NCBI GenBank assembly: GCA_002256025.1
Contig: NKIB01013182.1
Coordinates: 1 to 62,954 of the forward strand
DNA: 62,954 nucleotides
Source of the DNA: Asterionella formosa
Taxonomy: Eukaryota
Direction: 5' to 3'
Under the pieces are notes generated by a model. It did no database searches. It saw only the letters and a program-made list of their open reading frames with translations, and was not told the DNA's origin. The translations under genes were made by a program, and so were the position numbers. Shown here piece by piece: positions 1-11,568 of the stretch. The stretch's first letter is position 1, and the number at the start of each line of letters is the position of its first letter.

Positions 1-3000
1 GGCGTTGGTGTGGGCTTTTGAGTTGGCTCTGTTGTTGGGTATGAGGTTGGGTTTGCTGTGGGAGAAGCAGTTGGTGATGATGTCGGAACATCGGTTGGCG
101 ATGCCGTGGGCAGCTGTGTTGGCCCTGGAGTTAATGAAGAGCTAGGGTTCGTAGTTGGCACTGCTGTGGGAGATGGAGTTGTTGCCATAGTTGGTTCATG
201 GGTAGGAGATGCCGTGGGCAACTGCGAGGGCTCTGGAGTTGGTGAAGAGGTAGGGGTTGCAGTTGGCGATGCTGTGGGCGAAGCAGTTGGTGATGATGTC
301 GGAACATCGGTTGGCGATGCCGTGGGCAACTGTGTTGGCCCTGGAGTAGGTGAAGAGGTAGGGATTGCAGTTGGCGATGCTGTGGGCGAAGCAGTTGGTG
401 ATGATGTCGGAACATCGGTTGGCGATGCCGTGGGCAACTGTGTTGGCCCTGGAGTAGGTGAAAAGGTAGGGTTTGCAGATGGCGATGCTGTGGGAGAAGG
501 AGTTGGTGCCATAGTTGGTTCCTTGGTAGGAGATGCCGTGGGCAACTGCGAGGGCTCTGGAGTTGGTGAAGAGGTAGGGTTTGTAGTTGGCGATGCTGAT
601 GGCGATGCTGTGGGAGAAGCAGTTGGTGCCATAGTTGGTTCATTGGTAGGAGATGCCGTGGGCAACTGTGTTGGCCCTGGGGTTGGTGTACCAGTCGGAC
701 CAGGGGTTAGAGAGGCAGAAGGAGATCTAGTAAGGGTCTCGGTCGGGAATGCCGATGGCGTTCCAGGTATTTCTGTAGGCGACAACGTCGGGATTGTTAT
801 TGGTCCAGCAGTAGTAGGGTAGGCAGTAGGAGCTACAGTGGGTGGGAGACTTGGACGCCTGTCCACGAAATCATTGCTCAATGAGCTGCCAGAACTTGTG
901 TCAACGGCAATTGAATTGTTATTGCCACCATCACTGTCCCTGACATTGACGAAACCTGTCGGTGTCTTTTGTTCAATTATGTAGACACCTGGAGGGGTCG
1001 TAAAAGTAAAATTTCCGTTGCTGTTTGTCACAGTTGCCATCACAATGGTACCATCTGGATATTTAAGCTCCACAGTAACACCAGCAATTGGAACATCTCC
1101 TTTTGCATTGTTGTTAATATCCTCGAGAACCTGCCCTGCGATAATTAGTGATATAGTTGGTTTAAACGATGGAATTTCCGTAGTAAACCTAGATGGGGAC
1201 GATGAAGGTTCTGGTGTCGGTGCTAATGTTGTAGGTGACGATGTCGGAGAGACGCTTGGATCAGTAGTAGGAGAGTGTGTCAGAGCACTAGTTGGATCAG
1301 GCGTGGGAGCATTTGTAGGCGATTCAGTCGGACCAGGCGTTGGAGAATCAGTTGGGATTACAGATGGTGCATCTGTTGGGGATGCCGATGGGGTTCCAGG
1401 GAATACTGTAGGTGACGGTGTTGGTGGAACAATGGGATCAGGCGTGGGAGCATTTGTAGGTGATCGAGTCGGATCAGGTGTTGGAGAATCAGTTGGAAAT
1501 TCAGATGGTGCATTTGTTGGGGATGCCGATGGGGTTCCAGGGAATACATTAGGTGATGGTGTTGGTGAGACAGTTGGATCAGGCGTGGGAGCATTTGTAG
1601 GTGATTCAGTCGGAGCAGGTGTTGGAGAATCAGTTGGAAATTCAGATGGTGCATTTGTTGGGGATGCCGATGGGGTTCCAGGGAATACAGTAGGTGATGG
1701 TGTTGGCGGAACAGTTGGATCAGCCGTAGGAGCATTTGTAGACGCTTCAGTCGGATCAGGCATTGGAGAATCAGTTGGAATTCCAGATGGTGCATTTGTT
1801 GGGGATGCCGATGGGGTTCCAGGTACTACTATAGGTGATGGGGTTGGTGAGACAGTTGGATCAGCAGTAAGGGAGGTTGTAGGAGCTGCAGTCGGGAATG
1901 GACTTGGACGTTCATCTACAAACTCATTTCTCAACGAGCTGCCTGTGCTTGTATCAATGGCAATGGAGTCAGGAGTATTTCCGTCACTGTCTTGGATGTT
2001 GAGGAATTCTGATGGAGTCTTTTGGAAAATTGTGTAAATACCTGGAGGGGCGTCAAATGTGAATGTTCCATTGCTGTCCGTCGCAGTGGTCATTGCAACG
2101 GTTCCATTTGGATACTTAAGCTCAATGGACACACTTCCGATAGGAACGTCCCCGCTATCATTGTTATCAATATCTTCGAGTACCTGCCCGGCAATGGTGC
2201 GTAACCGTTCATCAATGAAGTCGCCAAGTGTCACGTTCTTACCACCCCCAAGCTGGACTGTGATTGTGCTATCGAACAAATCTCCATCAGGATCAGAAAC
2301 ATCAATGAGTCCATGAGGGTTAGTTTCTTTCACAACGTAGTTACCAGCTTGTAAGTTGTTGAAGACAAAGTGGCAAGCACCATCAGTCACAGTTGTAGCA
2401 ATGACATTGCCAGTATGGTCATATAGCGTCACAACCACTCCAACTAAGTTGGTATCACCACTGTCATTGTTGTCTGTATCCTCCTTAACACAGCCGGAAA
2501 TTGAGCCATATTTTTGTGCACTAGGAGCAGGACTGATGACAGGCATAAGACCTGGACGTTTGTCTACAAACTCATTGTTAAACGAGCTGCTGGATCTAAT
2601 CTCAATGTCGATTGAATTGATATCACCACCATCATTGTCCTTAACGTTGACGAATCCTGTCGTCGGGGTCTTCTGATCAATTGTGTATACACCTGGAGGG
2701 GCGTAAAAAATGAACTTTCCGGCACTGTCCGTTAACGTCGTCATTGCAATGGTACCATCTGGATATTTGAGTTCAATGGTAACACCACCAATTGGAACGT
2801 CCCCAGTATCATTGTTATCAATATCTTCAAGCACTTGGCCTGAAATGGTGCGTTTAATCAGGTCTTGACTTGGAGCAGGTGTTGGGGTGGTAGTTGGATT
2901 TGGTAAAGCGGGGGAAGAAGGGAATGAACTCGGGAAGTTGGTTTTGTCGGCAACTTGTGGGGGAGCGCCGAAAATTGGGGATTCTGTGGGTATGACAGTA

Positions 3001-3804
3001 GCTTGAGCAGGAGCAAAAGTTGGTGCCAAAGAGGGCTTGGTAGTTGTGGGAGGTTCTTGACAGTATCCGCAGGTGCGGTCATATTTGTAAGGACCGACAG
3101 TAGCAGTGTGAGTAGGTGTACATTTGCTCTCGTCGTACTCACTAAACTGATCTGGAACGACGAATTTTCCCAAAACCGGTAAACCGTGCGCCCCATCAAC
3201 AAAACCGGCAGGTCCTATTCCGCATGCAAGAAGCTTCTTATCAACGAAGAAACGCCATTTTGCGTCGATAGAAATATCAGTGCCATTCAACATTAGGAGA
3301 AATGGATTCCTACTCTCGTTGTAATTAGGAATGAACCAGCCACCGTTGTAGGTAGTGTCAGCGTCGTTCAAACTAACAGCAGGAGCGCCAGCAAAGGAAT
3401 ATGCCCACTGAGCGGGGGTGGGAGACTCGATCGTGGCAAAAAATGGACGCAATCTCTGAAATAGAAGTTTCCAATGGATAGTGGTGAGGCGTGAATTGAT
3501 GATGAAGTGCGAATAATGTGCCCCGCGAAAATCATTGTCTACGAGGAAGGCAAGAGAACAAAGACACGTGAAATGCACAAACACCACCAAAGACGAACAC
3601 AACGATGACCTTCCTAATCGATCCAACACAATTATGGTCGATGCAAGTTCACATTATGATTAGCAGATTCGCCTTGCGAAAGGATTCATGGGAGTACTGT
3701 GCGAACGAATTTAAGCGACCTCGAGGCAACGGGCGACATACCTGATCTGCTGAGCAACACGCACTCATGAAGAGCAGTGACGCGGAAGCGGCGCCAAACT
3801 TCAT
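1..3804 (-). CDS. Secreted cell-surface/adhesin-like protein with four SdrD-B/CnaB-like domains and Pro/Thr/Ser-rich mucin-like tandem repeats (3' end beyond window edge)
   Basis: Manual minus-strand translation; absent from the ORF track because no stop lies inside the window. Exon 1 (3804-3742) is [21 protein letters not shown] (signal peptide), followed by a GTATGT...TTCAG intron at 3741-3456, then an open frame to base 1. Four related ~100-aa domains at ~2855-2555, ~2510-2210, ~2205-1905 and ~1150-855, e.g. [63 protein letters not shown]...NNEFVD. Confidence 0.85.
64..700 (-). repeat. Coding tandem repeat, ~108-nt (36-aa) unit, two alternating variants, encoding a PT/PS-rich linker
   Basis: Units start at ~64, 172, 280, 388, 496 and 616 and share gatgccgtgggcaactg..ggccctggagt. 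Variant A contains gaagcagttggtgatgatgtcggaacatcg; variant B contains gttg(g/t)tgccatagttggttc. Confidence 0.85.
1291..1870 (-). repeat. Coding tandem repeat, 141-nt (47-aa) unit, ~4 copies
   Basis: ggatcagg/ccgt-containing unit starts recur at 1291, 1432, 1573, 1714 and 1855; each full unit contains gatgccgatggggttccagg. Confidence 0.9.
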
Positions 3805-6193
3805 GGTTTTCCTTGGATTAAAGGAAGACGAGGAGGAAATTGAAAATACTTAACGAATCAATGGAAATATGTTCATTGTTGGAGGAAGAGGAGTTCGGTC
3901 ATAATTCGTTAGCTGTTTATGCCAGTGTGGTCGTGTTCGGATCGTAGCAATCATATTACGTGCAGGTTATTTATATTTATTACTGTGCCTACTCGGTTAT
4001 ATCTTACCCGTACTGATATTATTACTGTTACTCTTTTTCCCGGTTTTATACACCGGGATATATATATATAACCATTTATGACTAGAGTCCTAGTTGTGAT
4101 ACGCTAAGGCCCCTAAGTTTCATGTCGCAGTTTCTTTTTTCAGAAACAGGAGTACCAGGCTACCGTGCGCTGTAGCACAGGTTAAAGTACCAGGTACCAG
4201 TTTGTCCGTTGCTTTCTATACCTGTTACCTGGTACTCCGTACCAGGGTACAGTGGCTGTCCGATGATATGGGTAACAATAGGTCAATACTGTTCAAAATT
4301 GCCGGGGTACTTGTGGAAGACTATTTATTAATCCGCCGTACATATTTTACGACCCAATTAATTTAAAAATTTAACAGCGAAATTGGAAACAACATGTGTA
4401 CATTTATCCTTATGTCATACAGAAATTGCCCCCTTCTTTTTCTTTTTGAATAGTAAAGGAAAGTGGAAACACGATATATACAGCTGCATTGCAAATCACG
4501 ACGAATCCAATCATTGCCGGACACAGAGAAAAACGTTTACCAAATGTTAATTCTACTAATGTGTGCTATATTATTAATTTCATACCCTGTTGGTTTTACT
4601 GCTGTCCGGTACCAGGTACCAGGTACCAGCCAGGTAGCTGTTGGCTGCCCGGTATAAATCCATGCATGGGTTGTTCAACATACATACCGGTATGTATTGG
4701 TTATACATATTTCCACCATACTGTGGTGCCTGTTCACCATTGAATGACTTTGCTTACCTGGGGCACGTTGTAATATTTCTCTGCTATGGAAACACCAACC
4801 TTTCAAGCACGCCAGGAGTAACAGTACCATGCACCAATCTTCTATATAGTGCAAGTACAGGTAGCTGGAACATTGGCAGGAAGAGGATTAAATTTTCAAG
4901 ATTGAAACTTCTTATCAGAGGGCAGTTGTTGTGATAGCTATTGCCCAAGTTTTCTAAACCCCCTTTTACAGGTACCTTTCTTGGAGGAGCTATCACTGTG
5001 TACAGCGTTATGTGTATGGCCCCACTGAAGAAGTGCTTTCACATACATCTGAAATTCCGCAGCAGTGAAGAAGGGCAAAGTGGCAGCGAATTCTCCCATG
5101 AATTAGCTGAATTACTTGCTTGACAAATGAGAATGTAGAAAAATAGCAAGTAATGCCAGCAGCAGTTTGCAATTGACAATAAGTTGTTGTCATTTTGCAT
5201 GAGATATGCTCAAAGAGCTCAAAAGAAGTGAAGAGCATAAAAAGAATTGTGGAAGAGAGGAAGTGAAGGTTGGCATAAGAGTTCAATGATCATCAACAAG
5301 CTAACAAGGACATCTTCGGGAATACGATTAACATGAGAAAGTGCAGTTCAGATAATACGAAGTCTTTGCTTTGGCCATGACCTTGTTGCCAAGGCTGCTG
5401 TGCTGGCTGTTTTAATATTGTCTATTTGACTCAATATTTTTCTGCATCCAAGATGATCATCCCTACCTTCGTCCTTGGTTTCCTCTCCATTTATTTTATT
5501 TTATAGACAAGAGTATTAATCTTCCTCTCCATCAACAGTTCCATGGTTCTGGCCACTTGAAATGCACAGCACCAGATATACCTCTCATTCCCTTTTCAGC
5601 TGCAACGCCCACACCAGTGGTGGCTCTCACATCTGACAAGTGCATTTTCTCTGTTCCTCTGCCAGAAGTGGTGTGATCTGAAGGATTTTCAATTTAGACA
5701 TTAGCAACATAATTTATCTCTTTCTTATGTTCATGATGAGGTGCGCTGTTCTGTCCTTCCCCACAATTATTTTCTCATTTTAACTGCAAAACAAAATTAG
5801 TAGCATCTGATATATGCATTTGTTTGAATGGACCAAAATGACATTTTGACAATTTATAGTATTAGGTGAATTAATGAGAAAGATTCAAAAAACTGGCACA
5901 CTCTGACACAATAAGGACAGCATTTATCCGTCATTGCAAAGGAAGATACAAGTGCCAGCAAGGTCAAAAAATCCCATCTTGAAACAACAACACTGATGAT
6001 CAATTTCAATTTGTGGCAACATCAGCCAGGCATCAACAGTCTGTACCCAACAGATACAGTACACAGCTACAACAGATCTATAAAAAGCCACCAAGCCCCC
6101 TAGATGCACAATGGAGAAGTAGTATGGTAATAACCATACGCTACTGTGACATTTAAGTATTTGCTATATGATGGTTAAAATTTTACCTTGGCT

Positions 6194-7138
6194 TTATTCT
6201 TCTTTCCTTTCAACAACAATCGGTAGCCTTCCCGTTGGAAACCGACGATCTTCTCGTTCATAGTCTTGCAATGTTTGGTAAGCTACGATTGGAGAGACTC
6301 CACTTACAGTATCATTTTCCAAAGAATCATCGTTAGGTATTTGTTTCATTCCTTCACATCCACCTCGTTCTTTGGACCAGTATGGAATGGATGCTTGTGT
6401 TTTGTCGTTGCTGGTAACACTGGGGTAGTGATCAGGAATACGCACTTCATTATTCCATTGCTGCTGAGAGGATAGGATATTCGTCCAAAACGGATATGTC
6501 GAACATTGTATTGGTCTAACTGGATATATTTGACATTGATTGGTCTGGTTGTTTAAAAAGATACAGTGATCCTTGTCATTATTGGTCAATTTCGCCCACA
6601 CCAACTCGTCCTTTTGTTCGACTTGATGACCAATCGTATGAGAGGCATACGTATCAATGAATGCCTTGGTTGACACTTGCAAATAGTCACTTGCGTCTTT
6701 CACTTCTTCAGGCGACATCCAAACATTTCCTTTGGTCTGACAACATTTACCACACGAAGTGCAACTAAATGGTAGAACGGCTTGATCTTTATACCATGTA
6801 TTTGATATGGCCTTTGTCTGTTGTTCCTGTTGTTGTTTTGCAAAATATACAGAAAGCTCATCATCATCATTATTATTATCATTATCATGCTCGTTGTCGT
6901 TGTTATTGCTGCTTCCTGATGCCAAGATATCCAGTCCAATACCAGTTGATATTGAGCGCCTACTATAATTGTTGTTTTGCACTCGTCGCATCGTTATTGC
7001 CATCATACGAAAGGAATGGCAATAATAGTTGTTCATCATCATTATCATCAAGGTGATGATAGCAGTCATCAAACTGCCACTGGGACAACAACAACAGCGA
7101 CCCCCACAAAAAGTCTTTCTTGTGTTTTGTAATGTCAT
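6194..7138 (-). CDS. YkgJ-family cysteine-cluster (CxxCxxCC) protein, probably plastid-targeted; paralog 1
   Basis: FSCTSCGKCC, HCIFL...CQIYPVRPIQCSTYPFW and a terminal GCEG. N-terminal hydrophobic stretch ending CHS-F. The start is probably 7138 or 7069 rather than the ORF-track start at 7354. Confidence 0.8.
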   Translation of the reverse strand: MTLQNTRKTFCGGRCCCCPSGSLMTAIITLMIMMMNNYYCHSFRMMAITMRRVQNNNYSRRSISTGIGLDILASGSSNNNDNEHDNDNNNDDDELSVYFAKQQQEQQTKAISNTWYKDQAVLPFSCTSCGKCCQTKGNVWMSPEEVKDASDYLQVSTKAFIDTYASHTIGHQVEQKDELVWAKLTNNDKDHCIFLNNQTNQCQIYPVRPIQCSTYPFWTNILSSQQQWNNEVRIPDHYPSVTSNDKTQASIPYWSKERGGCEGMKQIPNDDSLENDTVSGVSPIVAYQTLQDYEREDRRFPTGRLPIVVERKEE

Positions 7139-8075
7139 GATGAGAGATGGTGTATTGATGTGAATGTATAAATTCTCAAATGATATAATAATAGTGTAGT
7201 GTAGTGTATACAAGGAATCGATTGTATCATGTTGTACTCTGGTGGTAATCATGATATCCCCATCATCAAGCAAAAGTTCCTTGTGCAAGTAAGTACCTGA
7301 CCAGGTACCTGGTACCCTGGTAGACTGATGATACGCACTTGATGTCATGAGCATACCGGTACCGGTACCTTTTGCAAATTCATCTACCGGTATTTTATAG
7401 TGTACCTATAGTACGTACTGTGCGAGCAATGTAACGGTACTGCATGCAGGCCAGAGCTCATGACCTTCGTCCACCTCGCAGCCACATCAAATGATGCGTT
7501 AGGCAGTGGGTGATAATTGATACGAACTCTGGAGTGCTCACTTCTTTATAGTGTAGCTTATATTTATCATGATATCAATATGTACCAGTGCTGCACCTCC
7601 CTGTAAAATACACGAATGCCAGTACCTAGTACCTATAATAAGGACGATATATACTATGGTGCTCTGTATCAGCCCACTTAGTAACTAACGGTACCAGTAC
7701 AAGGGTACACCCATACCGGATTATAGGGACGTAAAGACATGATTAATTACCGGTGCAATGATAAATTGCTGTGCGTTCAAAAAAATATTATTACCATGTG
7801 GTACCGGCACCTGTTAACGTCTTAAGATATATCAATACATCATTGAATATAAATATATGTATATATCAAAAACTGTCTACCGGTAATCATACCGATATGT
7901 CAGTGTCAATTTCAAGCACCTGGTGCACTGCACTGATGTCGGTTACCGGTATATGAAATGCAAGAGAGACACTCATGCAGAAACAGAGTCATATGACATA
8001 AGCATACGGTGTAGCTTATGATTTGCTGTACTCGTAATTATCATCATTCTTTGCCATGAGCGATCCTCTCCAACA

Positions 8076-9638
8076 ATGATGATTCCACGAACAAGGAATG
8101 GTCCTCCATCAATCATCATGTCGTTGCTGGTTGTCAGCTTCCTTCTTCTTCTCTCATTGCATTCAATCTTTGTACAGACCATGGATCATCCTCATTATCA
8201 ATCGTCGGCATTCATTCATGCATTGGCGGATTCTGTTACCAGTAGCTCTGCCGGTACTACTAGTGCAACTACTGCAACCACTACTATCAACAGTAGCGGT
8301 AGTATCAACACTACCATCCAGGTTCAACCAAAGAATATCATCCACGACAGGACTGCCACCAGCAGCAGTGAATGCCAAGTATGGACGACGCCATTGGACA
8401 CTAAAACCGGTTCCCCCAGGACTGGGCTTGTTGTTACACTCCTACTAACATCTCACGAACCAAACTATCAAAGGATTATGAAATCATTACTATGCAATGC
8501 TATTCCATCACAATATACACATTTGTATGAACCCCAAGGATGGGATTTCTTACTTGTTCTTGAAAAAGACAATGACGATATTGACAATATTGCAAAGTTG
8601 CTTACTACGTGTTTGGAAGCAACGTTCCAAAAGCAACAACAACCTGTCGTATGGAACAACCTAGATGGTTCGACTCTTAGCACAATGGCATATTCAACTC
8701 CTCATGGTCGTACCATTTACGTGGGACGAACAACAGTATCGTATCCCAAGTATATACAAGACAATCCAAATGAGTATTTATTACGAAACATTACCCCAGA
8801 GACATGCAATGCTCCCAAATCATACATTCAGGGGACACGATGGTATACTGATGAATTATTACATTTACAAATCTTACAAGAGTATGATTATTTCATTAAA
8901 CTTGATTTGGATATATACTTTGAAAAAACGATGCCATTGGCATTATTAGATGATATGGATCATCGGGGTGCCATTTTTGCTCATACGGCAGAAATGGGGA
9001 ATGCCTTTGGGGGTGACACAGCGTGTTCGACTGGTATTTTGGAGGCCATTGATTTGTATGTCAAACACCACCACAACCACCACCATGTGCCATTATCTGC
9101 AAACAACAACAACAACAATAGTACCAACTATTTTTGCACCACACATTCATGGCCTTTCTTGAAAGCCAACACAGATTTGTATTATACCAACTTTATTATT
9201 GGCCGAGTTGCATTTTGGACTAGTCCACAAGTATTGTCCTTTGGGAAATTTTTATCCAATTATCCTCATGGATTCTTTTGGCATCGTTGGACAGATCAAA
9301 TATTTTGGCATTATGCCATGGCATTGTTTGTACAAGACTTTTACACATCAGGAGCTGTCGTGGACTATACTGAATTTCGATGTTCTCCGGAAGTCGATTG
9401 TTGGGAGGCAGTCTTTTTTGACAAATTGTACAGTGAGGAGGGCTCACCATCTTATTGCCAATGTACCAATGGTGGGCTCTTTTTGCATTACAAAGATCCA
9501 ACGAGGAAATGGAATAAAACAAAATCAGTAACAACATTGTGGAGGAGTGATACAGAAATATGGAATACGTCTTACAAAGCTGATTGTTTGAATGCCATTA
9601 GTAGGAAACGCAAGGAAAAAAATAAAGAAAAGCGGTAG
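8076..9638 (+). CDS. Type II membrane glycosyltransferase, GT15 (KRE2/Mnt1 alpha-1,2-mannosyltransferase)-like
   Basis: N-terminal TM anchor and Ser/Thr stem; YDYFIKLDLDIYF, YYTNFIIGRVAFW and GFFWHRWTDQ resemble the GT15 motifs YDYYWRVEPD, FWSNFEI and GFFYERWGD. Confidence 0.65.
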   Translation: MMIPRTRNGPPSIIMSLLVVSFLLLLSLHSIFVQTMDHPHYQSSAFIHALADSVTSSSAGTTSATTATTTINSSGSINTTIQVQPKNIIHDRTATSSSECQVWTTPLDTKTGSPRTGLVVTLLLTSHEPNYQRIMKSLLCNAIPSQYTHLYEPQGWDFLLVLEKDNDDIDNIAKLLTTCLEATFQKQQQPVVWNNLDGSTLSTMAYSTPHGRTIYVGRTTVSYPKYIQDNPNEYLLRNITPETCNAPKSYIQGTRWYTDELLHLQILQEYDYFIKLDLDIYFEKTMPLALLDDMDHRGAIFAHTAEMGNAFGGDTACSTGILEAIDLYVKHHHNHHHVPLSANNNNNNSTNYFCTTHSWPFLKANTDLYYTNFIIGRVAFWTSPQVLSFGKFLSNYPHGFFWHRWTDQIFWHYAMALFVQDFYTSGAVVDYTEFRCSPEVDCWEAVFFDKLYSEEGSPSYCQCTNGGLFLHYKDPTRKWNKTKSVTTLWRSDTEIWNTSYKADCLNAISRKRKEKNKEKR

Positions 9639-9678
9639 ACAATGACGAACAAAGCAACAACTGGTAAAAATCCATTTT

Positions 9679-10666
9679 TTATAATATAATACAAAAATTG
9701 GCTGTTTGATGCGCTGGCATAATTCCACACATCATCAAATTGGGTTGACACATGTTTGAAGCTTGTTCTTCTAATTCACGTTCCTTGGTTCGTTTATCCC
9801 GTCTTTGTTGCAGTTTGTGCTGCTGCTGTTTTTTCTTTGATGGCGTGTTTGTGGCAGTTGTCGACGTTGAATGCGACGATGACAGTGGTGGCATGGCAAC
9901 AGGCTCGTCCCCGTTCCCTTTAACGACCCTTCCATCTTGTACTTTTGCCCCTGGTGTCACTGGTATACGTTGTTTCCCTCCTTGTTGATATTCCAAGACA
10001 CGTTCCGTGACTTTCCTAAACAACTTCGTCACATTGGTATCCATCTTGGCGGACGTTTCCATAAACATGGCCCCCATGGCATATGCCAAGGTCTCTACTT
10101 CTTCATTCGACACAACTGAGGCTGCCAAGTCACATTTGGTAGCCACAATACAAATAACAATACTTCCAGCGGAAATGTTTCTTTGGACTTCTTCAATCCA
10201 TAGTTTCATACAATCATAGCTAGACCGAGAGGTGGTGTCGTAACAGATGAGTACCGCTGCTGCCGTTTGATAATACATTTTGCCCATGCGTTGGAATTGC
10301 GCTTGTCCTGCTGTATCCCAAATTTGTATTTTGCATGTCATGTTGGACACTTGGAGTCGCTTGGTAATGAAAAAGGCCCCTACAGTAGGAGCACGAGCGT
10401 TGGGGCGGAAGTGACCCTCGGCGAAGCGCAACACGAGTGATGTTTTACCAGTATTGGTGTCGCCCAGCATGACGACCTAGTTGTTGTTGTTGTGTGAGTT
10501 ATGAGTGAGTGAAATCTGAACTGAATGAAAGGAATAGCTAGCTAGATCTAAATGGCTGGCTAGCTAGCTAGCTATTAGCTGAGTAGCAAATAGGCGACAA
10601 CCAAGTGAAATTCATCCTGCAACGACGCACCTTGAATTCTGCTTGAGGGAGTTCCACATGAGGCAT
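9679..10666 (-). CDS. Rab-family small GTPase (Rab5/21/22/24-like group), 2 exons
   Basis: Exon 1 (10666-10631) MPHVELPQAEFK; intron 10630-10477 (GTGCGT...CTAG); exon 2 VVMLGDTNTGKTSL, PTVGAFF, WDTAGQ, ATKCD, ETSAK; C-terminal CIIL. Confidence 0.9.
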
Positions 10667-11568
10667 CGTTGCTTGTTCTCTATTCGTAGTTACTTAGCTA
10701 GCGAAACGATGGATTCAAGGATAGGTAAATGACAAGGCTGGTGAGAACGGTTGCAGTGCGATGCTTGTATTTGTATGTCATATATAACAACAACCATGAG
10801 AGGTTTTAATATCGTTCTCACAGGTCGTGATGGTGTCCAAAGAAAATATGTCGTCTCGTGCGTCTACATGTAAGGCAAATAGAAAATACGTAGAAAAGTA
10901 TGAAGTCTCTATTAGTTTAGCCGGCCAAGCGACATTGCATGATTTCTCTACATAACCGAATACATTTTAATATACATGATGGCTTTCTTCCGACGATTCG
11001 CCTGGGGGTTGTTGCAGTCTTTCCTGGACAGGCGAGGCGGCAGCTCCATTTTGGCGAGCGATGCTTGCAGGCTTGTATTTAGCTTTGTCATACAACAAGA
11101 GTGTATGTACGTACATGATACACATAATGTCCAATGCATTTGGGGATCTGGCATAGAAGAAATACCGGTACCGGCAGGTCTTTCACTCATTAAAAGTAGT
11201 ATGCACGACAGGGGCCGGGTGAATTTCCACATCGTTGGTACCAAGGTCAAGTTAAAGACGGAATGATCTTCGGTATTTACCAGGACCAAGTCGCCTGTAC
11301 TACCAAGTAGACTAAAATTGTTGCGCACAGGTAGTTACTCACTGGAAATGAGCTTGGTTGGTTGTGTAACCAAATAGCAGTTTTATGTCATTACAAAGGA
11401 GTTGCCTATATACATACGGGTAGTCGAATACCCCGTATACAGTATACAGATTACAAGGGAATGAATGACATTGCACTCAAGCATTTTTTACCATGTAACA
11501 TGCCCAAAATGTGTAAGTTTATTGGTCCTTAGGGACCAAGTCTCCATACAAACAATCTCTGAGTGTTT

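Noticed and set aside
64..1870. Regular repeats as a possible CRISPR array
   Set aside because: Unit lengths are multiples of 3 (108 and 141 nt), there are no unique spacers, the repeats are coding, the context is eukaryotic and there are no cas genes.
58..2676. Plus-strand Gly/Val-rich ORFs (58-822, 1018-2037, 2059-2316, 2356-2676)
   Set aside because: They are antisense shadows of the Pro/Thr-rich minus-strand gene, which has a signal peptide, an intron and recognisable domains.
10530..10580. (TAGC)n tract in the Rab intron; also (TGA)n at ~15737 and (TG)n at ~15885
   Set aside because: Ordinary microsatellites with no further structure.
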